A DNA stretch of 64,000 nucleotides from Methanobacteriota archaeon (GTDB lineage Archaea > Undinarchaeota > Undinarchaeia > Undinarchaeales > Undinarchaeaceae): assembly GCA_002687935.1 (NCBI GenBank), contig NZBN01000002.1:7394-71393 (forward strand). The letters run 5' to 3'. Below, one piece after another: positions 10,508 to 19,425 of this stretch (its first letter is position 1; each line of letters begins with the position of its first letter). A program made the translations under genes and the position numbers. The notes under the pieces were generated by a model, which ran no database searches, was not told the DNA's origin, and saw only the letters and a program-made list of their open reading frames with translations.

Positions 10508-11028
10508 TTTCTTGCTTTCAGAGCAAGTGCTGCTGAAAACATCAGAAATCCACTTCCAATCATCATTTTTCCAAGCTTCTTATTTAATATCCCTCCAATT
10601 TCTGACGGACTCCCTGTTGTCTGATTTATTACAATCTCTTCACTTTCATTTTCAAAGCTCTCCCCCACTTCAGTTTCGAAATCAAAATTCTCAGTTTCTG
10701 AGAGAGAAACAAGTATCAAATTTTCTCCATCAACTAATTCAATCAAATTTACTTCTATGGAAAAAACAAGTGTGGAGTGGCTTCCTTCATCGCTGGCGAG
10801 AATTGCTATGGAATGCAGTCCTCTTCCTGAGGCATTTACAGTAAGCCTCGTTCCATTTAAAGAATATTTCAGAGGGCTTGCAACTACAAATGAAACGTCC
10901 CTGGAAAATCGTCCTGTTGAGTTCAAATCTATTTCAATTGCATCCCCTTGGGCTATCGAAAAATCTGCGGCTAGTGCTGGACTGCTTATTAGTGCAAGAG
11001 CTGCTAAAGTGAAAATCGGCCATCTCAT
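10483..11028 (-). CDS. Secreted/membrane-anchored hypothetical protein (signal peptide plus C-terminal TM)
   Basis: The N-terminus LAALALISSPALA looks like a signal peptide. The C-terminus has a hydrophobic anchor. Confidence 0.45.
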   Translation of the reverse strand: MRWPIFTLAALALISSPALAADFSIAQGDAIEIDLNSTGRFSRDVSFVVASPLKYSLNGTRLTVNASGRGLHSIAILASDEGSHSTLVFSIEVNLIELVDGENLILVSLSETENFDFETEVGESFENESEEIVINQTTGSPSEIGGILNKKLGKMMIGSGFLMFSAALALKARNQSFLFMQ

Positions 11029-11083
11029 AAACCTGCTCTTGGCTGAGCACTTAAAAATATTGTTTAACTTTCAGAGTTTATAA

Positions 11084-12181
11084 TTATTCGAAAACCTTTT
11101 CTACAAACCAGTCCGGGTTGAATTCTTCAATATCCTCGTAGCCCTGCCCGGTTCCGAGATAAATTATCGGTTTTCCTGTCATATGACTTATAGATATACA
11201 GGCTCCTCCCTTGACGTCGCAGTCTGCCTTTGTCAGGACAGATGCGTCTATTCCCACTGCATCGTTGAAGCTCTTCGCCTGTTCTGACGCGTCGTTTCCT
11301 GTAAGCGAATCTCCAACAAAAATTGTTATATCTGGGTTGTTTACTCTTACAATTTTCTTTAATTCGTCCATCAAATTCGAGTCCGCATGAGAGCGTCCTG
11401 CTGTGTCTCCGAGTACAACATCAATCCCCTTTGCCTTTGCATGTTCAACTGCGTCATAAATTACTGCTGCAGCATCGGAACCTCTCTGTTGTTTTATAAT
11501 CGGTACTTTCAGAACCTTTGCATGGATGTCCAGTTGCTCTATTGCCGCCGCTCGGAAGGTGTCTCCTGCCGCCATAACTACGGTGATTCCCTGGCTCTGA
11601 AGCATTTGTGCAAATTTTCCAATTGTCATAGTTTTCCCTGAGCCATTAAAACCAACAAACAATATTAATGTCGGACGTTCTTCATTTTCCTTTATTTTTT
11701 CTATAATATTCAAGTCTCCTACATCTAGAGTATTTTCGATAGCAGCTTTTAGGGAGCTTGTTATTGCATTTTCTGCAGTATCTCCTCGTTTCAAATCCGT
11801 TTCAAGTAATATCTCTCGTGTGTCTGCAGTTATACTTTCAGTTACTTCCTTTGCAACATCGTTTTCAAGAAGAGCAAGCTCAAGTTCCCATAATATGCTG
11901 TCAAGGCTCTTTTCTGAAATGTGCCTCCTTGTTATTTTTTTGAGAATGCTTCGTTTCCGTTTCGGCTTTTCAGCTTTGGTATCTTCTATTTTCTTCTCTT
12001 CTTCAAGTTTCTCTTTCTTTGTTTCTTTCTTGGCTTTTGTTTTTTTCTTAGCAGACAGCTTTGGAGCTTCAAGGTCTTCTTCTGTTTCAACAAGAACTTC
12101 CTCTTCTACTTCCTCTGTTTCTGCCTCTTTTCCAGCTTTGTCGAAAAAGCCCTTTAGCTTCTTTTTAAGATTTCCAAACAT
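11084..12181 (-). CDS. ftsY: Signal recognition particle receptor FtsY with K/E-rich N-terminal extension
   Basis: SRP-GTPase motifs GFNGSGKTMT and DTAGR are present. It sits in the conserved pfdA-ftsY context. Confidence 0.9.
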   Translation of the reverse strand: MFGNLKKKLKGFFDKAGKEAETEEVEEEVLVETEEDLEAPKLSAKKKTKAKKETKKEKLEEEKKIEDTKAEKPKRKRSILKKITRRHISEKSLDSILWELELALLENDVAKEVTESITADTREILLETDLKRGDTAENAITSSLKAAIENTLDVGDLNIIEKIKENEERPTLILFVGFNGSGKTMTIGKFAQMLQSQGITVVMAAGDTFRAAAIEQLDIHAKVLKVPIIKQQRGSDAAAVIYDAVEHAKAKGIDVVLGDTAGRSHADSNLMDELKKIVRVNNPDITIFVGDSLTGNDASEQAKSFNDAVGIDASVLTKADCDVKGGACISISHMTGKPIIYLGTGQGYEDIEEFNPDWFVEKVFE

Positions 12182-12205
12182 AATTAATCATACGACTCCT
12201 GCTTA

Positions 12206-12631
12206 TTAGTCTTTAGCTCTTTTATCAGCCATCATTTTTTCAAGTTCGGGTTCAAGTGTTTCCATTTCTGCGGCTGTTTTCTTGAAATCTGCTTCTATTT
12301 TTGTTTTAATATTCTCAAAATTTTCTATTGCCTCTTCTGTATCTTTCATGGCTTCCTTGATGTCTGCGTCCTTGAAAAGCCCTGCTCCAATACCTTTTAC
12401 TACCTTGGAAGGATCTTCAATAACTGCTTTCAAAAATATGTTTACGCCAAGTGGGACGAGCATCTCCTTTCCCTTTTTGGCTCCATCTAGTGTTTCGAGG
12501 GCTTCCTTTGAGACATCCAGGCTTGCGCGACTGTTTGCTAGTGTTTCCATTTCGCGTGCAAGGCTTTCTATCTGAGCCTTCTTCACATTATATTTCTCAA
12601 TAGTTTTCTGAAGCTTAGTATTGGCTGTCAT
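12206..12631 (-). CDS. pfdA: Prefoldin alpha subunit
   Basis: 141-aa coiled-coil protein in the canonical position upstream of ftsY. Confidence 0.75.
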   Translation of the reverse strand: MTANTKLQKTIEKYNVKKAQIESLAREMETLANSRASLDVSKEALETLDGAKKGKEMLVPLGVNIFLKAVIEDPSKVVKGIGAGLFKDADIKEAMKDTEEAIENFENIKTKIEADFKKTAAEMETLEPELEKMMADKRAKD

Positions 12632-12638
12632 AATATGA

Positions 12639-13070
12639 TTACTCAGTTTTTCTGAGACTTACGCGTGCAAGACCTTCTTCGTTTTTCTCAACACTTACTC
12701 GTACGCTTGCAGGCGCCTTCTTGTATCCGCGCTTCCAAATTTGTTCGTTAAGTTCTGGATCTATGTGTATTGCAGTAGGTTTTACGTGTTGTTCTATGTA
12801 ACTTCTTACTCTGCGTGAAGCGTCTTTTGCCTTTGAAGTTGTATTATATTTTTTTCTAAGTGGGATTGTGTAAACTCTTGTCAAAACGGCCTTGAATTCT
12901 TCTTCAGGGACTTCTTCCTTTACTTTTTTCAGTTTCTTAGGGACTTCTTCCTTAGAATTTTCTGCAGTCTCAGCTTCCTCTACCTTTTCAATTTTTTCAG
13001 GCTTCTCTGACTTCTCAGCCTTTGCTGATTTCTTGGCAGTTTTTGTATCTTTTTTAGTAGTTTCAGCCAT
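12639..13070 (-). CDS. rpl31e: Ribosomal protein L31e with K/E-rich N-terminal extension
   Basis: The core VLTRVYTIPLRKK...IHIDPELNEQIWKRG aligns with eukaryotic RPL31 (EVVTREYTINIHKR...VRIDTRLNKAVWAKG). Confidence 0.8.
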   Translation of the reverse strand: MAETTKKDTKTAKKSAKAEKSEKPEKIEKVEEAETAENSKEEVPKKLKKVKEEVPEEEFKAVLTRVYTIPLRKKYNTTSKAKDASRRVRSYIEQHVKPTAIHIDPELNEQIWKRGYKKAPASVRVSVEKNEEGLARVSLRKTE

Positions 13071-13225
13071 TATGCCTTAGTCTTTCCGACTCTCCAGTGC
13101 CTTCTCTTTGGGTGGCTGTTGACTCTTCTGTGAGTTTTGACAATAACCCAGAGTGGAACTCTCTTCGCGTGCCTCGCGATTTTTCCAAGCCTTTGCTTGT
13201 AGTTAGTGTGCTTTCTGCTTCCCAT
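13070..13225 (-). CDS. rpl39e: Ribosomal protein L39e (51 aa; below the ORF-track length cutoff)
   Basis: Manual reverse-strand translation gives [51 protein letters not shown]. Its stop overlaps the L31e start (TAATG). Confidence 0.8.
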   Translation of the reverse strand: MGSRKHTNYKQRLGKIARHAKRVPLWVIVKTHRRVNSHPKRRHWRVGKTKA

Positions 13226-13260
13226 CGTATTATGCAAGTAGTGATGCTTTTTATACGAGT

Positions 13261-13686
13261 TTATTGTTTGTTAAATACTTTGTGGTCAGCTTTTGGCTCG
13301 GCTCGTTTATAGTGCTTTTCGTGGACAAGAACGTTTCCTATCCTTCGCACCATCACAAAACCGTAGCCCCACAGTACTGGAAGCCAGAGTGGCATTCCGA
13401 AAAGAGTCTGGTCTACAAATGTCTGTTTCCAGGTGAACTGGTGATAGAGGGCATCTCCTGCCCATTCCATTGTAAAGCCTACAAGGGTTCCGAGAACAAA
13501 AACCTTCCATTCATTTCTTTCATAGCGGACTGCAAAGTTCGCCAAGAGCAGTACTATGATTGTCAGAAGTATGAGTAGCTCAGCCATAACTATTTTTGTT
13601 ATGAAAAGTGCTAGGAACATTAGCCCAACTTCAATGGCGATTTCTGTCTCTGGCCTGTCTCCGTATTTTCGTAGTCTTTCAAACAT
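13261..13686 (-). CDS. Small integral membrane protein, hypothetical
   Basis: 141 aa with three or four hydrophobic helices and no recognisable motif. Confidence 0.4.
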   Translation of the reverse strand: MFERLRKYGDRPETEIAIEVGLMFLALFITKIVMAELLILLTIIVLLLANFAVRYERNEWKVFVLGTLVGFTMEWAGDALYHQFTWKQTFVDQTLFGMPLWLPVLWGYGFVMVRRIGNVLVHEKHYKRAEPKADHKVFNKQ

Positions 13687-13757
13687 TATTTATGCCTCTG
13701 TCAAAGTTTCTCTAAAGTACTTTACTTAAAAAAGATTTCGAAATGAAAATGGCTGAG

Positions 13758-13840
13758 CGCCGCAGGCCGGATTTGAACCGACATGTCCAGAAGGACCCGG
13801 TTTTCGAGACCGGTGCAATACCAGGTTATGCGACTGCGGC
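13758..13840 (-). tRNA. tRNA-Ser (anticodon CGA)
   Basis: Reverse complement GCCGCAG-T-CGCAUAACCUGGUAUUGCA-CCGGU-CUCGAAA-ACCGG-GUCCUUCUGGACAU-GUCGGUUCAAAUCCGGC-CUGCGGC-G forms a cloverleaf. The CUCGAAA loop gives anticodon CGA. A long variable arm is typical of Ser. Folded by eye. Confidence 0.8.
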
Positions 13841-13886
13841 ATAGCTAGGTCTTGTATATAATCTTTAATAAAACTATTACGGTGTC

Positions 13887-14795
13887 TCAATCCTTCTTCT
13901 TCAAAGCCCACTCTTGCTTTATTACATTGGATTCTGCATTTCCGTTTTTGTTCGCGACGCGACCAACTTTTCCAGTCCTTTCTAGCTTGTAGAGTTCGTT
14001 CACAATAACGCTGGACGGAATCTTGAGTACTGATGCAATATCATCGGCATTCATACTTGCCTGTGCTCCAAGTGCGTCACTTATTTGCTGTCCCAAATTC
14101 ACTTCTGCCTTCGAACCTTCTTCCGGCGCCTTTCTGGGGGCTCTGGAAGTTTCCAAACTACCGAGTTTCTTTATTGCCTTTTCAATGTGCTCCCTTAATT
14201 TTCCCTGAACCTTTCTGTCATGGGCGTTTATTATTTTAGAAACCTTTCCGTTCAGATCGAGGTCATTCGTCATCAGAGCAATTCCATACTGGCTTGCAAA
14301 ACTCTTTGCATAGTCTGCAAGCTGTCTGTTAGTTACTAGTATAGCATTCGAAGGAAGGAGATCAACGGTCTTTGCTACCAAGTCTCCAACAGCTCTTGCA
14401 TCTATTCTGTTGGAGGCCTCATCAGGCATTTGCCTGCATTCTATTATTAGTTCAGGATTTTTTCCTGCTGGTGGAACTTTGTGACTTCCACTGTAAATTA
14501 CGAAATCCGGAATGTGCTTGGCCCCTGATGCTCCACGGACTGGTAGCCTGTGCCACACACTTACTGGGTTGTAATCCGTTCTCATTACAAGTATTGGTGG
14601 GTCTCTCGGACTCGTGGATTGCTTCAGGGATTCTTCGCCGTCAACTTCCACAAACTCATCCTTCATTCCTCTGAAAATTTCTTCTTCAAGTGTGAGTTCT
14701 TCTATATTCTTCTCTGCTTTGAGACCCTCTAGGCCGGGCCCTCCTTCATCAATATAGTGTTCCTGAACTTTTTTCTTGAAAATTCCAAGCGCCAT
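13887..14795 (-). CDS. Hypothetical protein with a PD-(D/E)xK-like core and a C-terminal winged helix
   Basis: HIPDFVIYSG...ELIIECRQ resembles a restriction-endonuclease-fold motif. The C-terminal ADDIASVLKIPSSVIVNELYKLERTGKVGRV resembles a wHTH. The N-terminus is acidic. Confidence 0.35.
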   Translation of the reverse strand: MALGIFKKKVQEHYIDEGGPGLEGLKAEKNIEELTLEEEIFRGMKDEFVEVDGEESLKQSTSPRDPPILVMRTDYNPVSVWHRLPVRGASGAKHIPDFVIYSGSHKVPPAGKNPELIIECRQMPDEASNRIDARAVGDLVAKTVDLLPSNAILVTNRQLADYAKSFASQYGIALMTNDLDLNGKVSKIINAHDRKVQGKLREHIEKAIKKLGSLETSRAPRKAPEEGSKAEVNLGQQISDALGAQASMNADDIASVLKIPSSVIVNELYKLERTGKVGRVANKNGNAESNVIKQEWALKKKD

Positions 14796-14868
14796 ATAAG
14801 AAGCTATGGCTCCTAGATATAAATCCTTTTCCGTATAATATATAAGCTAAGTCTGGCACTTCTATGCT

Positions 14869-15255
14869 ATGTCTAAGAAAACTGTAATACTCACTGCTTC
14901 CATTGTAATTATTATTGCAGGTGTTTTAATATTCAAACCTCAGGTAAGCGGTTTTGTCACAGCCGGTCATGATTACTCTCTTGACAGCTTTACAGAATGC
15001 CTTGCTGAGAGTAATGCAGTTATGTATGGTGCCTACTGGTGCCCTCACTGTACTACCCAGAAAGAAATGTTTGGTGACAGCATTTCTGGGGTTCTCTATG
15101 TTGAGTGTGATTCCAAGGGAAAGAATACAAAACCTGAGCTCTGCAGGCAAAATAACATACAATCCTACCCTTCTTGGATAATTGATGGCAGAACCTATTC
15201 AGGTGTTCAGTCACTTCAGACTCTTTCTGATATAACTGGTTGCAGTCTCGAATAA
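14869..15255 (+). CDS. Membrane-anchored thioredoxin-fold thiol-disulfide oxidoreductase
   Basis: An N-terminal TM helix and a WCPHC active-site motif. Confidence 0.6.
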   Translation: MSKKTVILTASIVIIIAGVLIFKPQVSGFVTAGHDYSLDSFTECLAESNAVMYGAYWCPHCTTQKEMFGDSISGVLYVECDSKGKNTKPELCRQNNIQSYPSWIIDGRTYSGVQSLQTLSDITGCSLE

Positions 15256-15310
15256 TTACTACACTATCACAGGGTTTACAATCGTAGAGTTTTTAGGCTG
15301 GAAGCAAACT

Positions 15311-15317
15311 TTATATA
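15311..15317 (+). promoter_or_regulatory. Putative TATA box of the ribosomal-protein operon promoter
   Basis: TTATATA lies about 135 nt upstream of the L3 start. Confidence 0.3.
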
Positions 15318-15449
15318 GGTAATTCAATATAGATAGGCGGTCGCTAAAACTAGCTTTTTAGATTGACATCATAGGGTCTCATCTGAGCCCTCTGGAGTAC
15401 GCAAGGTGATTGAAAATATCCCGACAAATCTTCCAAAACAGGAGAATTC

Positions 15450-16427
15450 ATGCCCAGAATACACAGTCCAAGACGCGGATCCATGGCATACAGTCCCAGG
15501 AAAAGGGCTGCTCGCATTTATCCTAGAGTGAGGACTTGGCCGATTTCTGATGATGTTAGACTTCTTGGTTTTGCCGGTTACAAAGCTGGTATGACTCACA
15601 TGTTTGTTCGTGATCCTCGTAAAGACTCAGCAAGTGCTGGAAAGGACGTTTTTACACCGGTCACTATTCTTGAGTGCCCTGACATACTCCCATTTGCTGT
15701 CAGATTCTACAAGCGATCTGCCTATGGCTTCAAACCTTCTGGTGAGCTGTGGGCTGAAAATCTGAACTCTCTTTCTCCTCACATCTCCAAAAAAATAAAT
15801 ATTCCTAAAAAAACTCCTTCTCCTCCTCCTTCTGACGCTGACCGTGTCACTCTTCTCGTTTCAACGCTTCCTTCTGAAGCTTCTGTTCCTAAGAAGAAGC
15901 CGGAGGTTTTTGAAATAGCAATAGGTGGTTCAAACTTTGAAGAACAGCTTAAATTTGCAAAGTCACTTCTCGGAAAGAGGCAGAAGCCAAATAATGTTTT
16001 CAAGGCAGGCGAATATATTGACGTTGTCGCTGTTACAAAAGGAAAGGGAATGCAGGGTCCTGTCAAAAGATTCGGAGTTAAAGTTGACTATAGAAAGGGT
16101 CACGGAAAGGCAAGACACGTTGGTTCTCTTGGTAACAGAGCATCTCCAACACGCTGGACCGTTCCGATGGCTGGTCAGATGGGTTACGGTTCAAGGACAG
16201 AGTTCAATAAGATGATTGTTCAGATTGGTGAAAATGGGGAGTCAGTAAGCCCTAAGGGCGGATTCATAAATTATGGTGTTATTGGCGGAGCTTACATAGC
16301 TATAAAGGGTTCAGTTCCTGGTCCTGCAAAGAGATTGGTCAGGCTAAGAGCTCCTGTCAGATCGAAGCAGGCTCGCGGAGAACCTGAAATTAGCTACGTA
16401 AGCGTGGAGTCAAAGCAGGGTCGTTAA
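15450..16427 (+). CDS. rpl3: Ribosomal protein L3
   Basis: Archaeal uL3 signature and first gene of the conserved cluster. Length is 325 aa. Confidence 0.9.
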   Translation: MPRIHSPRRGSMAYSPRKRAARIYPRVRTWPISDDVRLLGFAGYKAGMTHMFVRDPRKDSASAGKDVFTPVTILECPDILPFAVRFYKRSAYGFKPSGELWAENLNSLSPHISKKINIPKKTPSPPPSDADRVTLLVSTLPSEASVPKKKPEVFEIAIGGSNFEEQLKFAKSLLGKRQKPNNVFKAGEYIDVVAVTKGKGMQGPVKRFGVKVDYRKGHGKARHVGSLGNRASPTRWTVPMAGQMGYGSRTEFNKMIVQIGENGESVSPKGGFINYGVIGGAYIAIKGSVPGPAKRLVRLRAPVRSKQARGEPEISYVSVESKQGR

Positions 16428-16428
16428 A

Positions 16429-17265
16429 ATGAAGGCAACTATATTGAAACTTGATGGAAAGAAAGGAAAGAGCATAGATATGCCTAGGGTCTTCTCAGAG
16501 GAGCTCAGACCTGACCTTATCAGGAGGGCTTTCCATTCTATTAGAAGTCGGTCTTTCCAGCCAAAAGGGGCTGATGTACGTGCTGGTTTCAGAACAACTG
16601 CAACTGGATGGGGAACTGGTGGGGGAATGTCCCGTATACCTCGGACAAAGGCAGGTCCACGAAGAGCAGGAAGGTCAGCAAAGGGTCGAAGATACAGGAG
16701 CAAAGGACGATGGTTCCCTGCAGCAGGAAGAGGTGCCATAATCCCCGGAACTGTCGGCGGAAGGCAGGCTCACCCTCCTAAGAGCTGTAAAATTCTTATC
16801 AAAAAAATGAACGACAAGGAACTAGGAAAAGCAATGCGCAGTGCAATCGCATCTACTGTGGTTCCTGAACTAGTAAAAGGCCGCGGACATGCAATTGGAG
16901 ATATAACTCTTCCGCTTGTCGTAGATGATACCTTCATGTCTCTTGAAAAGACGAAAGGAGTTAAGGAGACTCTTTCCGCAATTGGTCTCTCTGAAGAACT
17001 TGAAAGAAGTTCTAAGCGAAGTATCAGAGCAGGAATTGGGAAACTAAGAGGAAGGAAATACAGAACAAAAACAGGACCTCTTCTAGTTGTTCCAAGTACA
17101 GAGGAAAGGCAGCCAATTTTGAGGGCAGCAAGAAATATGCCAGGAGTCACAGCCGTTTCAGTAAATGAGCTGGACATGGAAATGCTTGCACCAGGTTCTC
17201 ATGCTGGACGTCTTATAATCTGGACAGAATCTGCTATAAAAGATTTGCAAAGGAGGTTTGCATAA
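16429..17265 (+). CDS. rpl4: Ribosomal protein L4
   Basis: Position and sequence match uL4. Confidence 0.9.
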   Translation: MKATILKLDGKKGKSIDMPRVFSEELRPDLIRRAFHSIRSRSFQPKGADVRAGFRTTATGWGTGGGMSRIPRTKAGPRRAGRSAKGRRYRSKGRWFPAAGRGAIIPGTVGGRQAHPPKSCKILIKKMNDKELGKAMRSAIASTVVPELVKGRGHAIGDITLPLVVDDTFMSLEKTKGVKETLSAIGLSEELERSSKRSIRAGIGKLRGRKYRTKTGPLLVVPSTEERQPILRAARNMPGVTAVSVNELDMEMLAPGSHAGRLIIWTESAIKDLQRRFA

Positions 17266-17526
17266 ATGGAACCATACGAAGTACTTTTGTACTCTCTCAT
17301 GACAGAAAAGGCCGTTGGAATGGCAAGTAGTGAAAATAAACTAACATTCGCAGTTTCTAAAATTGCCAACAAAGAAGAAATTGCCACTGCAGTAGAGAAG
17401 GCATACAAGGTAAAAGTCAAGGGTGTTGTCACTCAGAGAACATTCAAAGGACTCAAAAAAGCTATTGTAAAGTTGGACCCTCAGTTTTCTGCTGAGGAAA
17501 TCGCCAGCCGAATAGGAGCTTTCTAA
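17266..17526 (+). CDS. rpl23: Ribosomal protein L23
   Basis: 86 aa in the uL23 position. Confidence 0.85.
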   Translation: MEPYEVLLYSLMTEKAVGMASSENKLTFAVSKIANKEEIATAVEKAYKVKVKGVVTQRTFKGLKKAIVKLDPQFSAEEIASRIGAF

Positions 17527-17541
17527 GGAGATTGATATACA

Positions 17542-18261
17542 ATGGGAAAAAGAATTAGAGCACAAAGGATAGGTGTAAGTCCAAGGAGAAAATCCCCAGG
17601 ACATCGCTTTAAGGGCGCTGTTAAGCATGCGTCTCTTCAGTCATTTGCTGAAGGAACTAGCAAGGGTAAAGTAATTTCATTCATACATGATCCTGGAAGA
17701 ACTGCTCCTGTTGCAAAGGTTAAATTCGAAGATGGTTCAATTGACAATCTTATTGCTCCTAATAGCTTGAGTGTTGGAGATGAAGTTTCCAAAGGACCTT
17801 CTGCAAATACAAGTCTCGGAAACTCCGTATTCCTCTCTGAAATTCCTGAAGGGACCCTTGTATATAATGTTGAATCAAATCCTGGTGATGGCGGAAAGTT
17901 CGCCAGAGCTTCAGGTTCATTTATTAAAATAGTTTCTCACGATCCAACAGGAACAGTTGTTCAAATGAAGTCAGGTGCATTCAAGACTCTGAACTCCAAA
18001 TGCCGTGCAAATGTAGGCGTTGTTGCCGGAGGCGGTCGTTTGGAGAAACCTTTCATCAAAGGTGGAGTAAAAAGAAAGGCTATGCGAGCCCGTGGAAAGC
18101 TACACCCTCGTGTAAGCGGTATCCACATGAACCCAACAGACCACCCATTTGGTGGGGGAAATCACCCTCATGTTGGTAAGCCAAAAACTGTATCAAGACA
18201 CGCTCCTCCTGGAAGGAAGGTTGGAACTATCAGTCCTAAGAGGACAGGTAAGAAGAGGTAG
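17542..18261 (+). CDS. rpl2: Ribosomal protein L2
   Basis: uL2 motifs GGGRLEKPF and HPFGGG. Confidence 0.9.
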   Translation: MGKRIRAQRIGVSPRRKSPGHRFKGAVKHASLQSFAEGTSKGKVISFIHDPGRTAPVAKVKFEDGSIDNLIAPNSLSVGDEVSKGPSANTSLGNSVFLSEIPEGTLVYNVESNPGDGGKFARASGSFIKIVSHDPTGTVVQMKSGAFKTLNSKCRANVGVVAGGGRLEKPFIKGGVKRKAMRARGKLHPRVSGIHMNPTDHPFGGGNHPHVGKPKTVSRHAPPGRKVGTISPKRTGKKR

Positions 18262-18268
18262 GGAATAA

Positions 18269-18655
18269 ATGGCAAGAAAAGAATTCAAATATCGCGGATT
18301 GAGTCTAGAAGAGCTTCAGAAGCTCAGTGTAGAGGAATTCATGAATCTCGCTCAATCTAGAACAAGGCGTTCTCTAAATCGTGGATTGAAGGACAGAAGG
18401 GCAGCGCTTCTAAAGAGGTCCAGGAAGGATTCCAAGGCTGTGCTCAGAACTCACTGCCGTGATATGATAGTTCTTCCTGAATTTATAGGACGGACATTCG
18501 CAATTTACAATGGAAAGGAGTTTGTCAGCGTAAAGATTCTTCCCGATATGATTGGGATGTATTTCGGTGAACTTTCTCCTACAAGAAGGCGTGTAATGCA
18601 CACAGCACCAGGAAAGGGGGCAACAAGAGCAAGTAAGTTCGTATCGCTCAAGTAG
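18269..18655 (+). CDS. rps19: Ribosomal protein S19
   Basis: uS19 core. Confidence 0.9.
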   Translation: MARKEFKYRGLSLEELQKLSVEEFMNLAQSRTRRSLNRGLKDRRAALLKRSRKDSKAVLRTHCRDMIVLPEFIGRTFAIYNGKEFVSVKILPDMIGMYFGELSPTRRRVMHTAPGKGATRASKFVSLK

Positions 18656-18657
18656 AA

Positions 18658-19425
18658 ATGGCAAAACTAGGATATACCTATCAGGGAACTCAGGAAGGCA
18701 TTGTAAAAGCCTTGGTTAAATCAGAGAGGATTTCCCCGAAAGAGGCATATGAGGTTGCAAATGCTATTCGTTCTATGAGCCTTCCAAGAGCTGAAACATT
18801 TCTCTCAAATGTTATGGAACAGAAAGAAGCAGTTCCTTACCGAAGATTTAACAGAGGCGTTGCTCACAGAAAGAAGATTGGTCCTGGACGATATCCTTTG
18901 AATACCAGTAAGGGTTTTATGAAGGCTCTAAATCTTTTGAGGGCAAATGCAGTTTACAAAGGCATGGAAGCAGACAATTTGAAACTTTTCCATGTTGCAA
19001 CGCACCGTGGAGAAATAAACCCTGGAAGATACAAAGGCGGGGCACACAATCATCCAACTGTTCATATAGAACTTGTTGCCAAGGAGTCAGTTTCTGTTCC
19101 AAAAACAGAAGAGAAAACTGAAAAGAAGGCCCCTAAGGAAAAACCTGAAGCAAAAAAGATAGAAAAAAAAGCAGTAGAGAATACTGAGAAGAAATCCGAA
19201 TCTAAAGCTCCTGAGAAGAAAGAAGCAAAGGTTCCTAAGGAAAAACCTGAAGCAAAGAAGACGGAGAAAAAGAAAGAGTCTAAAGAAAGTGAAGAACTCT
19301 CAAAGGCTGATGCAAAACCAGAAAGCGAGAAAACAACGGACGAGCTCATAAATGAGGCAGAAGAGGTAATGGATGAAGAGCCAAAAGCTTCCGAAAACAG
19401 TAAAGAAAACGAGGTGTCAAAATAA
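18658..19425 (+). CDS. rpl22: Ribosomal protein L22 with a roughly 100-aa K/E/P-rich C-terminal tail
   Basis: The uL22 core is followed by KKAPKEKPEAKK-type repeats. Confidence 0.85.
   Translation: MAKLGYTYQGTQEGIVKALVKSERISPKEAYEVANAIRSMSLPRAETFLSNVMEQKEAVPYRRFNRGVAHRKKIGPGRYPLNTSKGFMKALNLLRANAVYKGMEADNLKLFHVATHRGEINPGRYKGGAHNHPTVHIELVAKESVSVPKTEEKTEKKAPKEKPEAKKIEKKAVENTEKKSESKAPEKKEAKVPKEKPEAKKTEKKKESKESEELSKADAKPESEKTTDELINEAEEVMDEEPKASENSKENEVSK

Noticed and set aside
11820-12209. 129-aa and 78-aa plus-strand ORFs rich in Ser/Phe
   Set aside because: They are antisense to the low-complexity K/E-rich N-terminus of FtsY. Such mirror ORFs are artefacts of repetitive AAG/GAA codons.
16410-17177. 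Minus-strand ORFs of 109 and 135 aa
   Set aside because: They lie antisense within the L4 gene and show no independent support.
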